64,000 bases of DNA from the NCBI GenBank assembly GCA_963733115.1, contig CAVTBW010000006.1, forward strand, positions 4,405 through 68,404. Reading direction: 5' to 3'. The notes below the pieces were generated by a model. That model worked only from the letters and a program-made list of their open reading frames with translations. It was not told where the DNA came from and searched no databases. Of the stretch, positions 17,420-33,920 are shown in pieces. The translations under genes and the position numbers were made by a program. This stretch comes from an uncultured Solirubrobacteraceae bacterium (GTDB lineage Bacteria; Actinomycetota; Thermoleophilia; Solirubrobacterales; Solirubrobacteraceae). How positions within the stretch are numbered: position 1 is the stretch's first letter; the number at the start of each line of letters is the position of its first letter.

Positions 17420-17680
17420 TCAGCGGTCGTCTGCGCCGAGGTCGGTGATCGCGTCGTTCACGTCTGCGGCCGCCGACTGCTCGACGGCAGCCCCGTCCTC
17501 GCTCGTCGAGCCGCCCTCTTCGCGGTGGATCTCCAGGTAGATCTCCTTGCGGAACACCGGGATCTCCTGCGGAGCCTGAATGCCGATGCGCACCTTCTCG
17601 CCCATGACCGACAGGACCGAGACCTCTATGTCATCGCCGATCATGATGCTCTGGTTGGACTTGCGCGTCAGAACCAGCAT
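17420..17680 (-). CDS. csrA: Carbon storage regulator CsrA
   Basis: MLVLTRKSNQSIMIGDDIEVSVLSVMGEKVRIGIQAPQEIPVFRKEIY. Confidence 0.95.
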   Translation of the reverse strand: MLVLTRKSNQSIMIGDDIEVSVLSVMGEKVRIGIQAPQEIPVFRKEIYLEIHREEGGSTSEDGAAVEQSAAADVNDAITDLGADDR

Positions 17681-17972
17681 GCAGTGCACCTTCCTGTTGG
17701 CCGCTCACCCGGCGCTACCCCCGCCCGCCGGTTCGGCAAGCATAGTCTGAGGACCGGGGGAAAGCGAGTGCCGACCGAGTCGCGTTCGACGCACATTGCG
17801 AGTACGGGGGTCGTGCCGAGAACCCGGCGCTCGGACGTTCGCGCGGTGCGAATCCGCATTCGCACCATGCGACTACGCATTCGGCCCACGCGATCGCGCG
17901 CACGGGCGATGCGCGTGCAGATGCCCAGCTTCCGACTCCGCGAGCGCCATGCGCTAGTCTCCCGGACCGTCG

Positions 17973-18574
17973 ATGCCTCGTAAGTCCCTGCGACCGAACC
18001 TCAACCAGATCCGCGCCTGGGTACGGCAGGGTCGGACCGACGCCTGGGTGGCGCATCAGCTCGAGGTGAGCGTGCGCGACATCGAACAGTTCAAGCGCCA
18101 GAACGACCTCGCCGAGGAGGACGCCGCCGAGGGCACGCCCGGCGCCGCGAGTACCCGGACGAGATCGACCTGCGCGCCGAGGACGACGCGCTGATCGCCG
18201 CCGAGCTCGAGGCCGCCGAAGCCGCCGCCGAGCGCGCGCGCGCCGAGGCGGAGGCGAAGGCCGAGCAGGAAGCGGCCGAGCGGGAGGCCGAAGGCGGCGA
18301 CGCCGACGACGAGGACGAGGACGCGCCGAAGCCGCGCACACGCCGCCGTCGCGGCGGTCGCGGGCGCCGCGTGCGCGGCGTCGCGTTCGGGCGCCGGCAA
18401 CCGGGTCCGCTCGAGGGCACGTTCGATCACGGCGAGGAGGGCTACGGACTGTGGCTCGACCCCGCGATCCAGGACAACCCGATCTACGCCGAGCACTGGG
18501 CCGGTCACCGGCCGGTCGAGGTCGCGATCGAAGAGGACTGCATCGTCATCCGCCGCGCCGGCGACGACGACTGA
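17973..18574 (+). CDS. Hypothetical protein (frameshift near 18160)
   Basis: N-terminal HTH-like WVRQGRTDAWVAHQLEV, acidic linker, C-terminal GTFDHGEEGYGLWLDPAI domain. Confidence 0.7.
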
Positions 18575-18609
18575 CCGTGAGCCTGCGCGGAGCCCCTCGG
18601 AGCGCGCCG

Positions 18610-18942
18610 TCACGCCTCTGGCGAGCATCGCGCCTGTCCGCCGGCGTAGTCGGCGGCCTCGCGCAGGTAGCGGCCGAAGGCGGCGTCGGCGACGACGCCG
18701 GCGTCCCACGCCCACGGCGTCCTCGGGTGCGACGCTTCATCGCGATCTGCAGGCACCACGACGTCCCGCGCTCGTACAGCGCGACGAGCTCGTCCGAGGA
18801 GAAGCGCCCGCCGAGGCGGCGGCGCAGCTCGGCGACGAGCGCGTCCGTCGCGCGCTCGATCGCGCGCCGGCGCTCGGGCGGCGCGGCGCGCAGCCGACGC
18901 TCGCCCTGCTGCCACTGGTAGATTGGCGTTCTCGAACGACAC
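18610..18942 (-). CDS. Hypothetical protein (frameshifted)
   Basis: VSFENA.YQWQQGERRL...LRRRLGGRFSSDELVALY...AAFGRYLREAADYAGG. Confidence 0.6.
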   Translation of the reverse strand: MSFENANLPVAAGRASAARRAARAPARDRARDGRARRRAAPPPRRALLLGRARRAVRARDVVVPADRDEASHPRTPWAWDAGVVADAAFGRYLREAADYAGGQARCSPEA

Positions 18943-19002
18943 GGCCGCCGAGGCTAGCAGCGCGCTGCGGGCGCCGCTGCGCGGCAAGCGGCGCGAGGTA
19001 TT

Positions 19003-19370
19003 CTAGTTGGCCGGCAGGCCGCTGATCCGTACTGGCGTTCGTTCGCGCGCTTCATGCCGAGCAGCCGCGCCTCGTCTTCGACCGTCCCCTGCCGGCCGAG
19101 CGCTTCATGCTGGCGCGCGAGCGCCGCGTGTTCACGTTCGAGCGAGGCGACCGTCGCCCTGTCGTGTCGCGACTGCCGTACGTCGAGTACAGTGCATGCC
19201 GGCGCTGATGTACAGGTAGAGCAGCGCGGCGAGCACGAACAGCATCGCGAGGCGTCCGAGGCGGTCCCAGCGTACGCGCGGGACGCTCGCGCCGGCGCGC
19301 GCGGCTGCGGGCTTGCGCGCGCGTCCTCTACGCGCGGCGAGCGGTCTTCCGGCATGTGCTCGGTCGGCAT
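19003..19370 (-). CDS. Septum formation initiator (FtsB/DivIC-like), frameshifted
   Basis: Downstream of eno; TM helix LAMLFVLAALLYLYI, coiled coil, VEDEARLLGM. Confidence 0.75.
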
Positions 19371-19422
19371 ACGCTTGCGGCATCTGACCGCATTCGCGCC
19401 CGGCGGCGGACTTCCTGCTCGG

Positions 19423-20700
<1,278 letters not shown>

Positions 20701-20704
<4 letters not shown>

Positions 20705-21853
20705 GCGACTATCTGGTCGCGGTCGTCGACGGCGTCGCCGGCGCGGCGGTCGACGTCGTCTTCGGGGCTTTGTAGCCCTTGCAGTCGGCGACCATGTAGC
20801 CCGAACGGCATTCGGTTTTGGCCTGCCACTTCTTTTTGAATTCCTTGACGAACTTGCTCAGCGCCGACTGCTGCTGCGTGGCCGTCGAGCTGCGATTTGA
20901 TCGAAGCTTCGGCCTGCTTCAGCGTCTGCTGGCTGCCGGGCGTGACCGACTGGACCTCGAAGATGTAGTAGCCGAACGGCGTCTTGACCGGACCGCTGAG
21001 CACGTTCGTCTGCGCCGAGAAGACCGCCGTGTCGAGCGCCTTCTCCTCCTGGCCTTTGACGACGCCGGGCAGCTTGCCGCCGTTGGCCTTGCTCGTCGGG
21101 TCGATCGACACGCGCTTGGCGACGCTTTCGAAGCTCTTGCCCGATTCGATTTCCTTCTTCGCCGCTTGCGCCTGCGCTTCGGTCTTCGTGAGGATCAGCA
21201 GAGGTTGCGCTTTTCGGCTGTTCGAAGCGTTTCGGGTTTTCCTTGTAGTACTTCTGGATCTGAGCCGAGCTGACTTTCGACTTCTCTTTGACGATCTTCT
21301 GCTGGATTTTCGAAGAGAGCAGGTTCAGCTTCACGCGCAGCAGCAGGTCAGAAACAGTCTGGCCCGAGCTTGTCAGGAATTTTTCGAATTCGGCCGACTT
21401 CGGGAACTGCTGGCCCTTGATTTTTTCGAACTGCTTCTTGACTTCGGCGTCCGAGACCTTGACACCGAGCGAGCCCGCTTCGCCGAGCACCCAGTTCGAG
21501 GAGATCAGGAAGCCGAGGACCTCCTGCTGCAGGGACTTGTACTGCTGTTCGCACTGCGACTTGAGCTGCGCTTCGGTCGGCGGCGTCTGGCCTTTGGTCG
21601 GTTTCGCGGCGGCTTTCGCGGCGGCGATGCACGCCGTGTAGTGCGGCGGTTCCGGCGCCGTCGGTTTCGCGCCGGTCGTCGACGCGCTCGAGGCGGCGGC
21701 AACCGTCATCCAGTGGTTGAACGTGTCTTTGGTGATCGATTTGCCGTCGACCGAGACGACGGCGTCGCCCGGGATCCCGCCGCACGCGGCGAACGCGATG
21801 GCGGCAAACAAAACGGCGCCAAGCGCCGCGGTGATCCGGAAGGTCTTGTGCAC
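20701..21853 (-). CDS. PrsA/SurA-like lipoprotein foldase (parvulin PPIase), frameshifted
   Basis: Lipobox FAAC; Lys-rich chaperone domain; [24 protein letters not shown]. Confidence 0.85.
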
Positions 21854-21927
21854 GACGCGGGCACTCTAGCGAAAAGCCCCTCAGCCGTGCGTAATGAGCG
21901 GATAACGATTCCTAAAGACGGATTCGC

Positions 21928-25444
<3,517 letters not shown>

Positions 25445-25458
25445 TCGTAGGTTCGCGC

Positions 25459-26063
25459 TCACACGATCGACGTGAGCACGACGCGCTCGACCTCGTCGGC
25501 GGCGCGAGCGATCAGCTCGTGCACCTGCGCGCGCGGCTCGCGGAAGCGCGCGAGCACGTACGCCGAGACGATCTCGGGGTCGGTGCTGTCGGGGCGCCCG
25601 ACGCCGACGCGCACGCGCGAGAAGTCGCCGCCGCCGAGCTCGCGCTTGAGCGACTTCAGCCCGTTGTGGCCGGCGAGGCCGCCGCCGAGGCGCGCGCGCA
25701 CCTCGCCGAACGGCAGGTCGATCTCGTCGTGGACGACGAGCACGCGCTCGAGCGCGAGCTTGTAGGCGCCGCGCGCCGGCCCGACGCGAGCGGCCGGCGT
25801 CGTTCATGTAGGTCTGCGGCTCGAGCAGCGCGACGCGCACGGGCGCCTGCCCGAGCTCGCCGGTCGCCGCCGCGCCGCCGCGCGCCCCTCGGCAGCCGCC
25901 CGCGGAAGCGGTCCTTGCCGCGGCCGAGCCCCCAGCGCCGCGCGAGCTCGCTCGGCGACCGCGAAGCCGACGTTGTGGCGCGTGCCGTCGTACTCGCGGC
26001 CGGGGTTGCCGAGCCCGACGACGAGCCAGTCGACCGACGGCGCCGCCGCGCGAGAGCGCGCAG
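25459..26063 (-). CDS. pth: Peptidyl-tRNA hydrolase (frameshifted)
   Basis: LVVGLGNPGREYDGTRHNVGF, PQTYMN, VVHDEIDLPFG, GHNGLKS. Confidence 0.95.
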
Positions 26064-26066
26064 GCG

Positions 26067-26757
26067 CTACTCGCCGTCGTCGCCGCGCCTCGCCGCGCCG
26101 CGCCCTCGCCCTCGGCAGCCGCCTCGGCGCCCTCCGCGCCCTCGCCGACGAGCTCGGTCTCTGCTCGATCTCCTCGGCCTCGGCCTGCAGGCGCGGCGGC
26201 GTGAGCGTCGCGATCACGATCTCCTCGAGCTCGTCGAGCAGCGTCACGCCGTCGGGCGCCGCGATCGGTCGAGGCAGCAGCGTGTCGCCGATCTGCCATC
26301 TCGGAGACGTCGTGCACGATCGACTCGGGGATCGCGGTCGGCAGCGCCTCGACGTTCAGCTCGTGCGTGATCTGCTCGAGCACGCCGCCTTCGCTTGCAC
26401 GCCGGGCGCGTCCTCGACGCCCTCGAGCTCGAGCGGCACGACCGCGCTGGATCGCGCGGTCGAGGCGCACGCGCAGCAGGTCGACGTGCACGGTCTCGCC
26501 GCGCACGGGGTGGCGCTGGGTCTCCTTGAGCACGGCCGGCGTCGCCTTCGCGCCGTCGATGCGAGCCTCGAGCACGGCGCCGGACGCGGCGAGCGCCAGG
26601 CGCAGCGTCGCGCGCGTCGACGGCGAAGCTGACGGCTCGCCGCCGCCGCCGTAGAGCGACGCCGGGCACGAGGCCCTCGCGGCGCAGGCGCCGCGCCGCG
26701 CGCGAGCCGTCCGCGTCGCGGCTGCGTGACGTCGAGCTTTGTGCTCGAATCGGCCAT
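26067..26757 (-). CDS. rplY: 50S ribosomal protein L25/Ctc (frameshifted)
   Basis: GSRAARRLRREGLVPG, QRHPVRGETVHVDLLRV, GGVLEQITHELNVEALPTAIPESI. Confidence 0.92.
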
Positions 26758-26782
26758 CGGCAGCCGTGGACTCTAGCAATCG

Positions 26783-27354
26783 TCAATGTCCGCGTTCGGC
26801 TTCGCTCGCTTCTTCTTCGAACCGTTCGGCTTCGCTCGGCGGGCTGCAATCGCCTTCGTTGCGGATCGGCGCGCTGATCGACAGCAGCCTGACGCCGATG
26901 CCCGTCAGCGGATTGCCGGTTCTCTGCACGACGATGCACTGCACGACCGGCTTGCCGCCGAGCACCGTCCACGCGATGCGCGTCTTGCCGGTCGCGCCGA
27001 ACAGCGCGCTCGCGGTCTTCGATTCGACCTGCAGGAGCTTGATCGCGCCGGCTTGGCGCACGCGCGCGTCGCCTGCGACGGAGCGCACCTGCGCGAGGCA
27101 CTTCGCGTCGGCGCGGCAGCCGCTCAGGCGGTCGAGCATCGCCCCGACGTCGCCGCGCGCCTCGGCGCGCACGAGCGCGAGGTCGGCGGACGTTCGGCGT
27201 TTTCGGCGCTCAGGTAGCGCGCGAGCAGGCCGCTGCCGACGAGGACGACGAGCAGCGTCCCGCCGAGCAGCGCACGCCGCAGCGAGCGCGGCAGGCCGCG
27301 CCACCACACGCGCGGGCCGCGCGCGGGCGCAGAGGTGCTCGCCGCGCCGGACAT
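26783..27354 (-). CDS. Hypothetical membrane-anchored protein (frameshifted)
   Basis: TM helix ALLGGTLLVVLVGSGLLARYL; C-terminal domain with Cys pair and TGKTRIAW. Confidence 0.65.
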
Positions 27355-27385
27355 CGCTCGACAGGTTACGCCGAGCCGGCGAGGC

Positions 27386-28415
27386 TCAGAACAGCTGGTT
27401 CTCGCCGCCGAACACCTCGCTGACCGAGCCGTCGGTGAAGATCCGCCGGATCGAGTCGGTGAGCAGCTCGGCGCACGGGAGCACGAGGACGTTGTCGGGC
27501 GCGGCCGGCGGGGATCGGGATCGTGTCGGTGACGACGATCTCGCTCGAACGGCGCGCTCGCGAGGTTCTCGAACGCGTCGCCGGAGAAGACGCCGTGCGT
27601 CGCGGCCGCGTAGACGCGCGTCGGCGCCCTGCTCGAGCAGCGGTCTCGGCGGCGGCGCACGAGCGTGCCGGCGGTGTCGATGATGTCGTCGACGATGACC
27701 GCGGTCTTGCCCTTGACGTCGCCGATCACGTAGCCGATCTCGGCGACCTGCTGGGCGGGGCGCTCCTTGTCAGGATCGCGAGGTCGGCGCCGATCTTCTC
27801 GGCGAACTTCTGTGCGAGCTTCGACGCGGCCGGCGTCGGGCGCGACGACGACGAGGTCCTCGAGAGGCAGGTCGGCGAAGTGCTGGGCGAGGATGAAGCG
27901 CGCCGTCATGTGGTCGACGCGGCTTCTGAAGAAGCCCTGGACCTGGCCGGCGTGGAGGTCCATCGTCAGCACGCGGTCGGCGCCGGCCGCCTCGAGCATG
28001 CGCGCGACCAGGCGCGCGCAGATCGGCTCGCGCGGCGCGGACTTCTTGTCCTGGCGCGAGTAGCCGAACCACGGCATGACGGCGATCACGCGGTGCGCCG
28101 AGGCGCCGACGGCGGCGTCGATCATCAGCAGCAGCTCCATCAGCGCGTCGTTGGCGGTCATGCCCGTCTGCGGGTTGCCGCAGGTCGACTGCACGATGAA
28201 GACGTCGGCGCCGCGGATCGACTCCTCGTAGCGGCAGTAGACCTCGCCGTTGGAGAACGTCTTGAGCGTGACCGGGCCGAGCTCGACGCCGAGCTTGTCG
28301 GCGATGTCGGCGGCGAGCTGCGGCGTCGCGCGGCCGCTGAAGAGCATCAGCCGCTTGTCGTAGTCGATCGGCAGGCTCGCGGTGATGGCCGCGCTGCGGC
28401 TCGATCAGCGCTCAT
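27386..28415 (-). CDS. prs: Ribose-phosphate pyrophosphokinase (frameshifted)
   Basis: [39 protein letters not shown]; GGAGG RBS. Confidence 0.96.
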
Positions 28416-28459
28416 CGCCTCCTCAGTCGAGTGTAAACGGCGCGTCGGCGCCGTCGGCG

Positions 28460-29851
28460 TCACGCCGGCGCGCGCTCGGCGTAGCGCTCGACGTTGCGCT
28501 GGCGCGCGCGCGCGACGCCGAGCGCGCCCGCGCGGCACGTCGTCGGTGATCACCGATCCGGCGGCCGTCCAGGCGTCGTCGCCGACGGTCACCGGCGCGA
28601 CGAACGAGGTGTCGACGCCGCCGTGCACGCGCGCGCCGATCGTCGTGCGGTGCTTGCTGCGCGCCGTCGTAGTTCGCCGTGATCGTGCCGGCGCCGAGGT
28701 TCGTGCGCTCGCCGACGTCGGCGTCGCCGACGTAGGAGAGGTGCGGCACCTTCGCGCCGGCGCCGATGTCGGAGTTCTTGACCTCGACGAACGTGCCGGC
28801 CTTCGCGCCCTCGCGCAGCAGCGCGCCCGGGCGCAGGTAGGCGAACGGGCCGACGCTCGCGCCGTCGCGGACTCGCAGCGACGCAGTGCGAGTGCACGAC
28901 GTACGCGTCGCCGAGCGGCGTCGATCAGCGTGCTGTGCGGCCGATCTCGCGTGGCCGACGCGCGCGCCGAGCAGCTGCGTGCACGGCTCGATCACGGTGT
29001 CCTCGCCGATCTCGACGTCGACGTCGATGCTCGTGCTCGTGCGGCTCGACGATCGTCACGCCGGCGAGCATGTGGCGCTCGTGGATCCGCCGCTGCGCGA
29101 GCTCGCGCACGCGCTGCGAGCTCGACGCGGTCGTTGACGCCGAGCACGACGTCGGCGTCGTCGCGGCGACGTGCGCGGCGACCGTCGCGCCGCGCGCGCG
29201 CAGCATCGCCGAGCGACGTCGGGCAGGTAGCAGCTCGCCCTGCGCGTTGTCGGCGCTCGAGCCGCGGCAGCGCGTCGAGCAGCGCGCCGCCGTCGAACGC
29301 GTAGATGCCGGCGTTGACCTCGTCGATCGCGAGCTCGCGCGTCGCTCGCGTCGCCGGCTGCCTTCGTCTCGACGACGCGCACGACGGCGCCGGCGGCGTC
29401 GCGCACGACGCGCCCGTAGCCGCTCGGGTCGTCGAGCACGGCGGTCACGATCGTCGCGGCGGCGTCGCGCCGCGCGTGCGCGTCGGCGAGCGCGCGCGAG
29501 CAGCTCGGCGTCGACCAGCGGCACGTCGCCGCTCAGCACGACCACCGTCTCCTCGCCGCCGGATCGCCGCTCGCGTCGAGCTGCTCGACGCGGCGAGCAC
29601 GGCGCCGCCGGTGCCGTTGGCGACTCGGCTGCACGGCGAGCTCGACGCCGTCGGGCAGCGACGGGCTCGAGCGGCGCGCGCGGGCGAGTCGACGACGACG
29701 ACGCGCTCGGCGCCGGCCTCGAGCGCGGCGCGCACCGGCCACAGCACCAGCGGCACGCCCGCAGAGGTCGTGCAGCGAGCTTCGGCGTGCGCGAGCGCAT
29801 CCGCGTGCCCTGGCCGGCGGCGAGGATCAGGACCGTCGGCGCCGGGGTCAC
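28460..29851 (-). CDS. glmU: Bifunctional GlmU (frameshifted)
   Basis: [48 protein letters not shown]. Confidence 0.95.
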
Positions 29852-29923
29852 GCAGCGGATGCTAGCTCGAACGTCATGCGCTCCTCATCGGCCGGCGCGC
29901 GCGCCGGCTGCAATGCGTAGGAG

Positions 29924-29994
29924 CTGGGGGGCAGGGATTCGAACCCCGATTCTCAGGACCAAAACCTGATGTCCTGCCATTGGACGACCCCCCA
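29924..29994 (-). tRNA. tRNA-Gln (TTG)
   Basis: TGGGGGGTCGTCCAATGGCAGGAC...TT TTG GT...GTTCGAATCCCTGCCCCCCAG; usual position upstream of glmU. Confidence 0.95.
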
Positions 29995-30099
29995 AGGCCA
30001 CGATTGAACTTTCGTGGAACGGGTTAGTAACACGCCGATCTGGTGACTCTGCAACGATTCTTGCACTTGCCGGGGCGAGCGAGAAGAGCACCGACGCGC

Positions 30100-30690
30100 G
30101 TGGGCGTCGTCGTCAGCGCGTTGCTGTTCGCGTGCGTCGGCCTGCTCGCCGCCTGCACCTCGGCGTCGGCCGCGGCGGCCTCCGCGCGCCACGCGGCGCG
30201 CGCTTCGAAGCACGCCTGCACCGGCGTCGCGACGATGCCGAGCGCCGGCAACGCGGCGCTCGTCGACGCGGCGACGCTCTGCCTGATGAACGAGATCCGC
30301 GCCGAGAACCTGCTGCGCCCGCTGCGGCACAACGGCGCGCTCGCGTCGATCGCGACCGGCCAGGCGCGCGACATGGTGCGCGGCGACTACTTCGGCGACC
30401 AGAGCATCTCGGGCCAGACGCCGCTCGCGCGGATCATGGCCTCGAGCTACGTCGTGCCCTCGCCGGCGCGGATGCTGACCGCGCAGAACATCGGCTGGGG
30501 CACCGGCCCGAACGCGACGCCGGCGGGCATCGTCGAAGCATGGATGGCCTCGCCGCCGCACCGCGCGATCATCCTGACGAGCGCCTATCGCGACGTCGGC
30601 GTCGGCGTCGCGCCTGCCGTCCCGGCCGAGTTCGGCTCGGGCTGGGCCGGCGGCACGTACGCGGTCGAGTTCGGCGCGCGCTCGCGCTAG
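30100..30690 (+). CDS. Secreted CAP (SCP) domain protein
   Basis: Signal peptide; LCLMNEIR, QNIGWG, WMASPPHRAIIL, DVGVG. Confidence 0.88.
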   Translation: MGVVVSALLFACVGLLAACTSASAAAASARHAARASKHACTGVATMPSAGNAALVDAATLCLMNEIRAENLLRPLRHNGALASIATGQARDMVRGDYFGDQSISGQTPLARIMASSYVVPSPARMLTAQNIGWGTGPNATPAGIVEAWMASPPHRAIILTSAYRDVGVGVAPAVPAEFGSGWAGGTYAVEFGARSR

Positions 30691-30699
30691 CGGTACGCG

Positions 30700-31927
30700 T
30701 CAGCTCGCGCGCCCGGAGCGCCGCGGCACGCGCCCGCCTTCGGCGCCGGCCTCCGTCGCCGGCCCGTCGGCCGAGGAGATCCCGAGCACGCGCATCGACT
30801 TCAGGCCGAGGCTGAGCTTCTCGCGCCCGTCGCTCGAGCTGACGTCGAGGCCGGAGAGCTCGCGGACGCGCTCGAGGCGGTAGTAGATCGTGTGGCGGTG
30901 GGTGAAGAGGCGCTGCGCGGTGCCGGCGACGTTGCCGTCGGCCTCGAGGAACGCCTCGAGCGTGCGCACGAGCTCGGTCTCGTACTGCTCGTCGTAGGCG
31001 ACGAGCGGCTCGACGGTCTCGGCGTAGAAGCGCTGCAGCTCGCCCGGGTTCTCGCTCATCGCGCTGAGCAGCAGGCGGTAGGCGCCGGTCTCCTCGAACG
31101 CGAGCGACGCCGCGTCGCCGGAGCCCTCGCGCGACGTTCGCCGCGAGCAGCGCCTCGCTCGCCGCGCGCGGCAGCTCGGCGGGATCCTCGGTGAGCCGGC
31201 TGCGCCCGATCGCGAAGGTGAAGCCGGCCAGGCCCGCCTCCAGCTCGCGCAGCACGCCCTCGGCGGCGCGCGCCGCGGTCGCCTCGTCGCCGCCGGGACG
31301 AGCAGCAGCACCTCGGCCGCGAGGATCCCGTCGCGCTCGGACAGCGCCGCGATCGAGCGGCTCGAGACGGCGCGCGCGCCGCGCTCGGCGATCGCGCGCA
31401 CGCGGCCGCGCCAGCCCTCCTGGGTCGGCGCCTGCGGGTGCGCGCGCGCGACGATCATGCTCGCGCCGCGCTCGAGCTCGAGCGAGAGCTCCTGGCGCGC
31501 GCGAGCAGCTCGTCGCGCTCGGTCAGCTCGCGCGCGAGCACGGCGCGCAGGAAGTCGGCCGCGGCCGCCTCCGACGCGCGCTCGGGCGCGCGCACGCGCT
31601 CGACCTCGGAGGCGATCAGCGTCGCGAGCAGCCGCCGCTCGAGTCCGGCTGCTCGTCCTCGGCGGCGCCGGCTTTCGCGCGCATGCGCAGCGCGCCGACG
31701 ACGGTGTCGGCGACGCGCAGCGCGATGCTCGTGACGCCCTCGCCCTGCGCGAGCAGCGACGCGCTCGTCGGCCGGCGAGCGCGCCGCGACGGCGAGCGTG
31801 GCGCCCCGCGCGTCGTGACGGCGAGGCTCGCATCGAGCGCACGCGCAGCCGCGCGCACGACCTCGGGCAGGCCGGCGCCGGACTCGACGGCCGCGGTGAT
31901 GGCGTCGAGCGCCGCGTAGTCGGCCAC
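30700..31927 (-). CDS. PucR/CdaR-family regulator (frameshifted)
   Basis: LVRTLEAFLEADGNVAGTAQRLFTHRHTIYYRLERVRELSG. Confidence 0.9.
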
Positions 31928-31929
31928 CG

Positions 31930-32141
31930 CTAGCCCCAGAAGTAGACGGCGGCGAGAGCGGCGCCCACGCCGATGCCGACGAGCACGGCGAGGACGTACA
32001 GCGAGAGGAACGTCGCGGCGAGCCGCTGCCAGACGCGCGTGTAGCGCTCCACGCGGGCACGAGGATCAGGCCGACGAACAGCGCGAAGCCGAACGCGCCG
32101 GCGCAGACGGCGACCAGCTCGGTGATTGTCGTCCTGCTCAC
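31930..32141 (-). CDS. Small two-TM membrane protein (frameshifted)
   Basis: Hydrophobic GAFGFALFVGLILVPAW and FLSLYVLAVLVGIGVG; GTGA overlap with ispE. Confidence 0.65.
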
Positions 32142-33075
32142 TGGAGTTCTCGTCGTGATTGTGGCAGCGGATGCGGCTGCGCAGAAGCGCACCGACCGAG
32201 TGGGCGGCGATCGGCGCCGGCGAGAGGCCCGCCAGCGAAGTCGGCGCGCTCGCGCCGCGCGCCGGCGTTGGCGTGGTCGAACAGCCCGAGCACGGTCGGG
32301 CCCGAGCCGCTGACGAGCGCGTGCGCGCCGGCGTCCTCGACGGCGGCGAGCACGTCGGCGATCTGCGGGCGCAGCCGGATCGCCGCCTCCTGCAGGTCGT
32401 TGTCCAGCAGCTCGCGCGAGGACGGCAGCGGCGCGCCGAGCGCGAGCGCGACGCGCAGCTGCTGCGCGAGCTGCTCGAGTTCGTGCCCGTTGCGCGGCCC
32501 GCCGAGGCGGTCGGCCTCGCGTAGACGTCGGCGGTCGAGAGCCGGCGGCGCCGGCAGCACGAGCACGCCGAGCGCCGGCAGCGGGTCGGCGAGCGCCTGC
32601 AGACTGCTCGCCGGCGCCGCTCGCGAGCCACGCGCCCGGGGACGAGCTGCGCCGGCACGTCGGAGCCGAGCGCGGCCGCGAGCTCGCGCAGCAGCCCGTC
32701 GTCGCCGAGCCCGGAGGCGGCGCGCGCAGGCGCAGCGCCGCCGCGGCGTCGGCCGAGCCGCCGCCGAGCCCGGCCGCGACCGGGATGCGCTTGGCGATCT
32801 CGATGCGCAGCGGCGCGGCGTCCCAGCCGGTCGCCGCGCGGAACGCCGCGAGCGCGCGCGCGCGAGGTTCTCCTCGGGCGGCCCGGGCACGCCGGGCAGA
32901 GCACCTCGTCGCGCTCGGCGCCGGCGCCGGCCGGCGCGAGCGTCAGCTCGTCGGCGAGCGAGATCGACTGCATCACGCTCGACGAGCTCGTGGCGGCCGT
33001 CGCTCGCGCGGCGCGGGCCGACGAACAGGCCGAGGTTGATCTTCGCCGGCGCGAGCGCGCAAAGGCGCCGCTCAC
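32138..33075 (-). CDS. ispE: 4-diphosphocytidyl-2-C-methyl-D-erythritol kinase (frameshifted)
   Basis: APAKINLGL, KRIPVAAGLGGGSADAAA, LGSDVP, NDLQ, VSGSGPTV. Confidence 0.93.
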
Positions 33076-33920
33076 AGCGCGAGCTCCGCCGCGAGCGCGC
33101 GGAAGTCCTCGGGCGAGAGGCGCTCGGCGCGCACGTCGGCCGGCTGGCCGATCCGCGCAAGCGCCGCGCGCACCCGCTCGCGCGAGCGTCCGGGCGCGCC
33201 GCCGGACAGCGCGAGCGAGCCGGCGAGCGTCTTGCGCCGGTGCGCGAACGAGCCGGCGACGAGCGCGCGCTCGGCCGGCGAGACCGGGTGCGGCGGCTCG
33301 CGGCGGCGCAGGCCGACGAGCACGGAGTCGACGTTCGGCACCGGGTAGAAGACGGTGCGCGGGATCGCGCGCAGCACGCGCACCTCGCAGGCGAGCTGCG
33401 CGAGCACGGACGGCGCGCCGTACTCGCCGCCGCCGGGCGCCGCGGCGAGGCGCTCGCCGACCTCGCGCTGGACCATCGCGACCCACAGGCGCACGCTCGG
33501 GAGCTCTTCGAGCGTGCGCAGGATCGCGCCAGCGGCGATCCCGTACGGCAGGTTCGCGACGAGCTTGCTCGGCGCCGGGCGCAGCGCGCGCAGGTCCAAG
33601 CGCATCGCGTCACCCCAGTGGACGGTGACGTTCGCGAACGGATCGGTCGCGTCGCGGAGCGCGTCGCGCAGCCGCTCGTCGAGCTCGACCACGTGCACGT
33701 GGCCGACGCGGGCGGCGAGGTACTCGGAGAGCACGCCGAGGCCGCCGCCGATCTCGAGCACGACGTCCTCGGGCGCGAGCTCGGCGGCGCGCTCGATCAC
33801 GCCGAGGATGTTCGAGTCGACGAGGAAGTTCTGGCCGAGCTCGCGGTTCGGCCGCACGCCGAAACGGCGCATCCTGCGCAGGCTCGGCTGCACGGGCGCG
33901 TCGGCCACGGGCGCGCTCAC
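33072..33920 (-). CDS. rsmA: 16S rRNA dimethyltransferase KsgA
   Basis: LGQNFLVD, VLEIGGGLG, VANLPYGI, MVQREV, RRKTL. Confidence 0.96.
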   Translation of the reverse strand: MSAPVADAPVQPSLRRMRRFGVRPNRELGQNFLVDSNILGVIERAAELAPEDVVLEIGGGLGVLSEYLAARVGHVHVVELDERLRDALRDATDPFANVTVHWGDAMRLDLRALRPAPSKLVANLPYGIAAGAILRTLEELPSVRLWVAMVQREVGERLAAAPGGGEYGAPSVLAQLACEVRVLRAIPRTVFYPVPNVDSVLVGLRRREPPHPVSPAERALVAGSFAHRRKTLAGSLALSGGAPGRSRERVRAALARIGQPADVRAERLSPEDFRALAAELAL

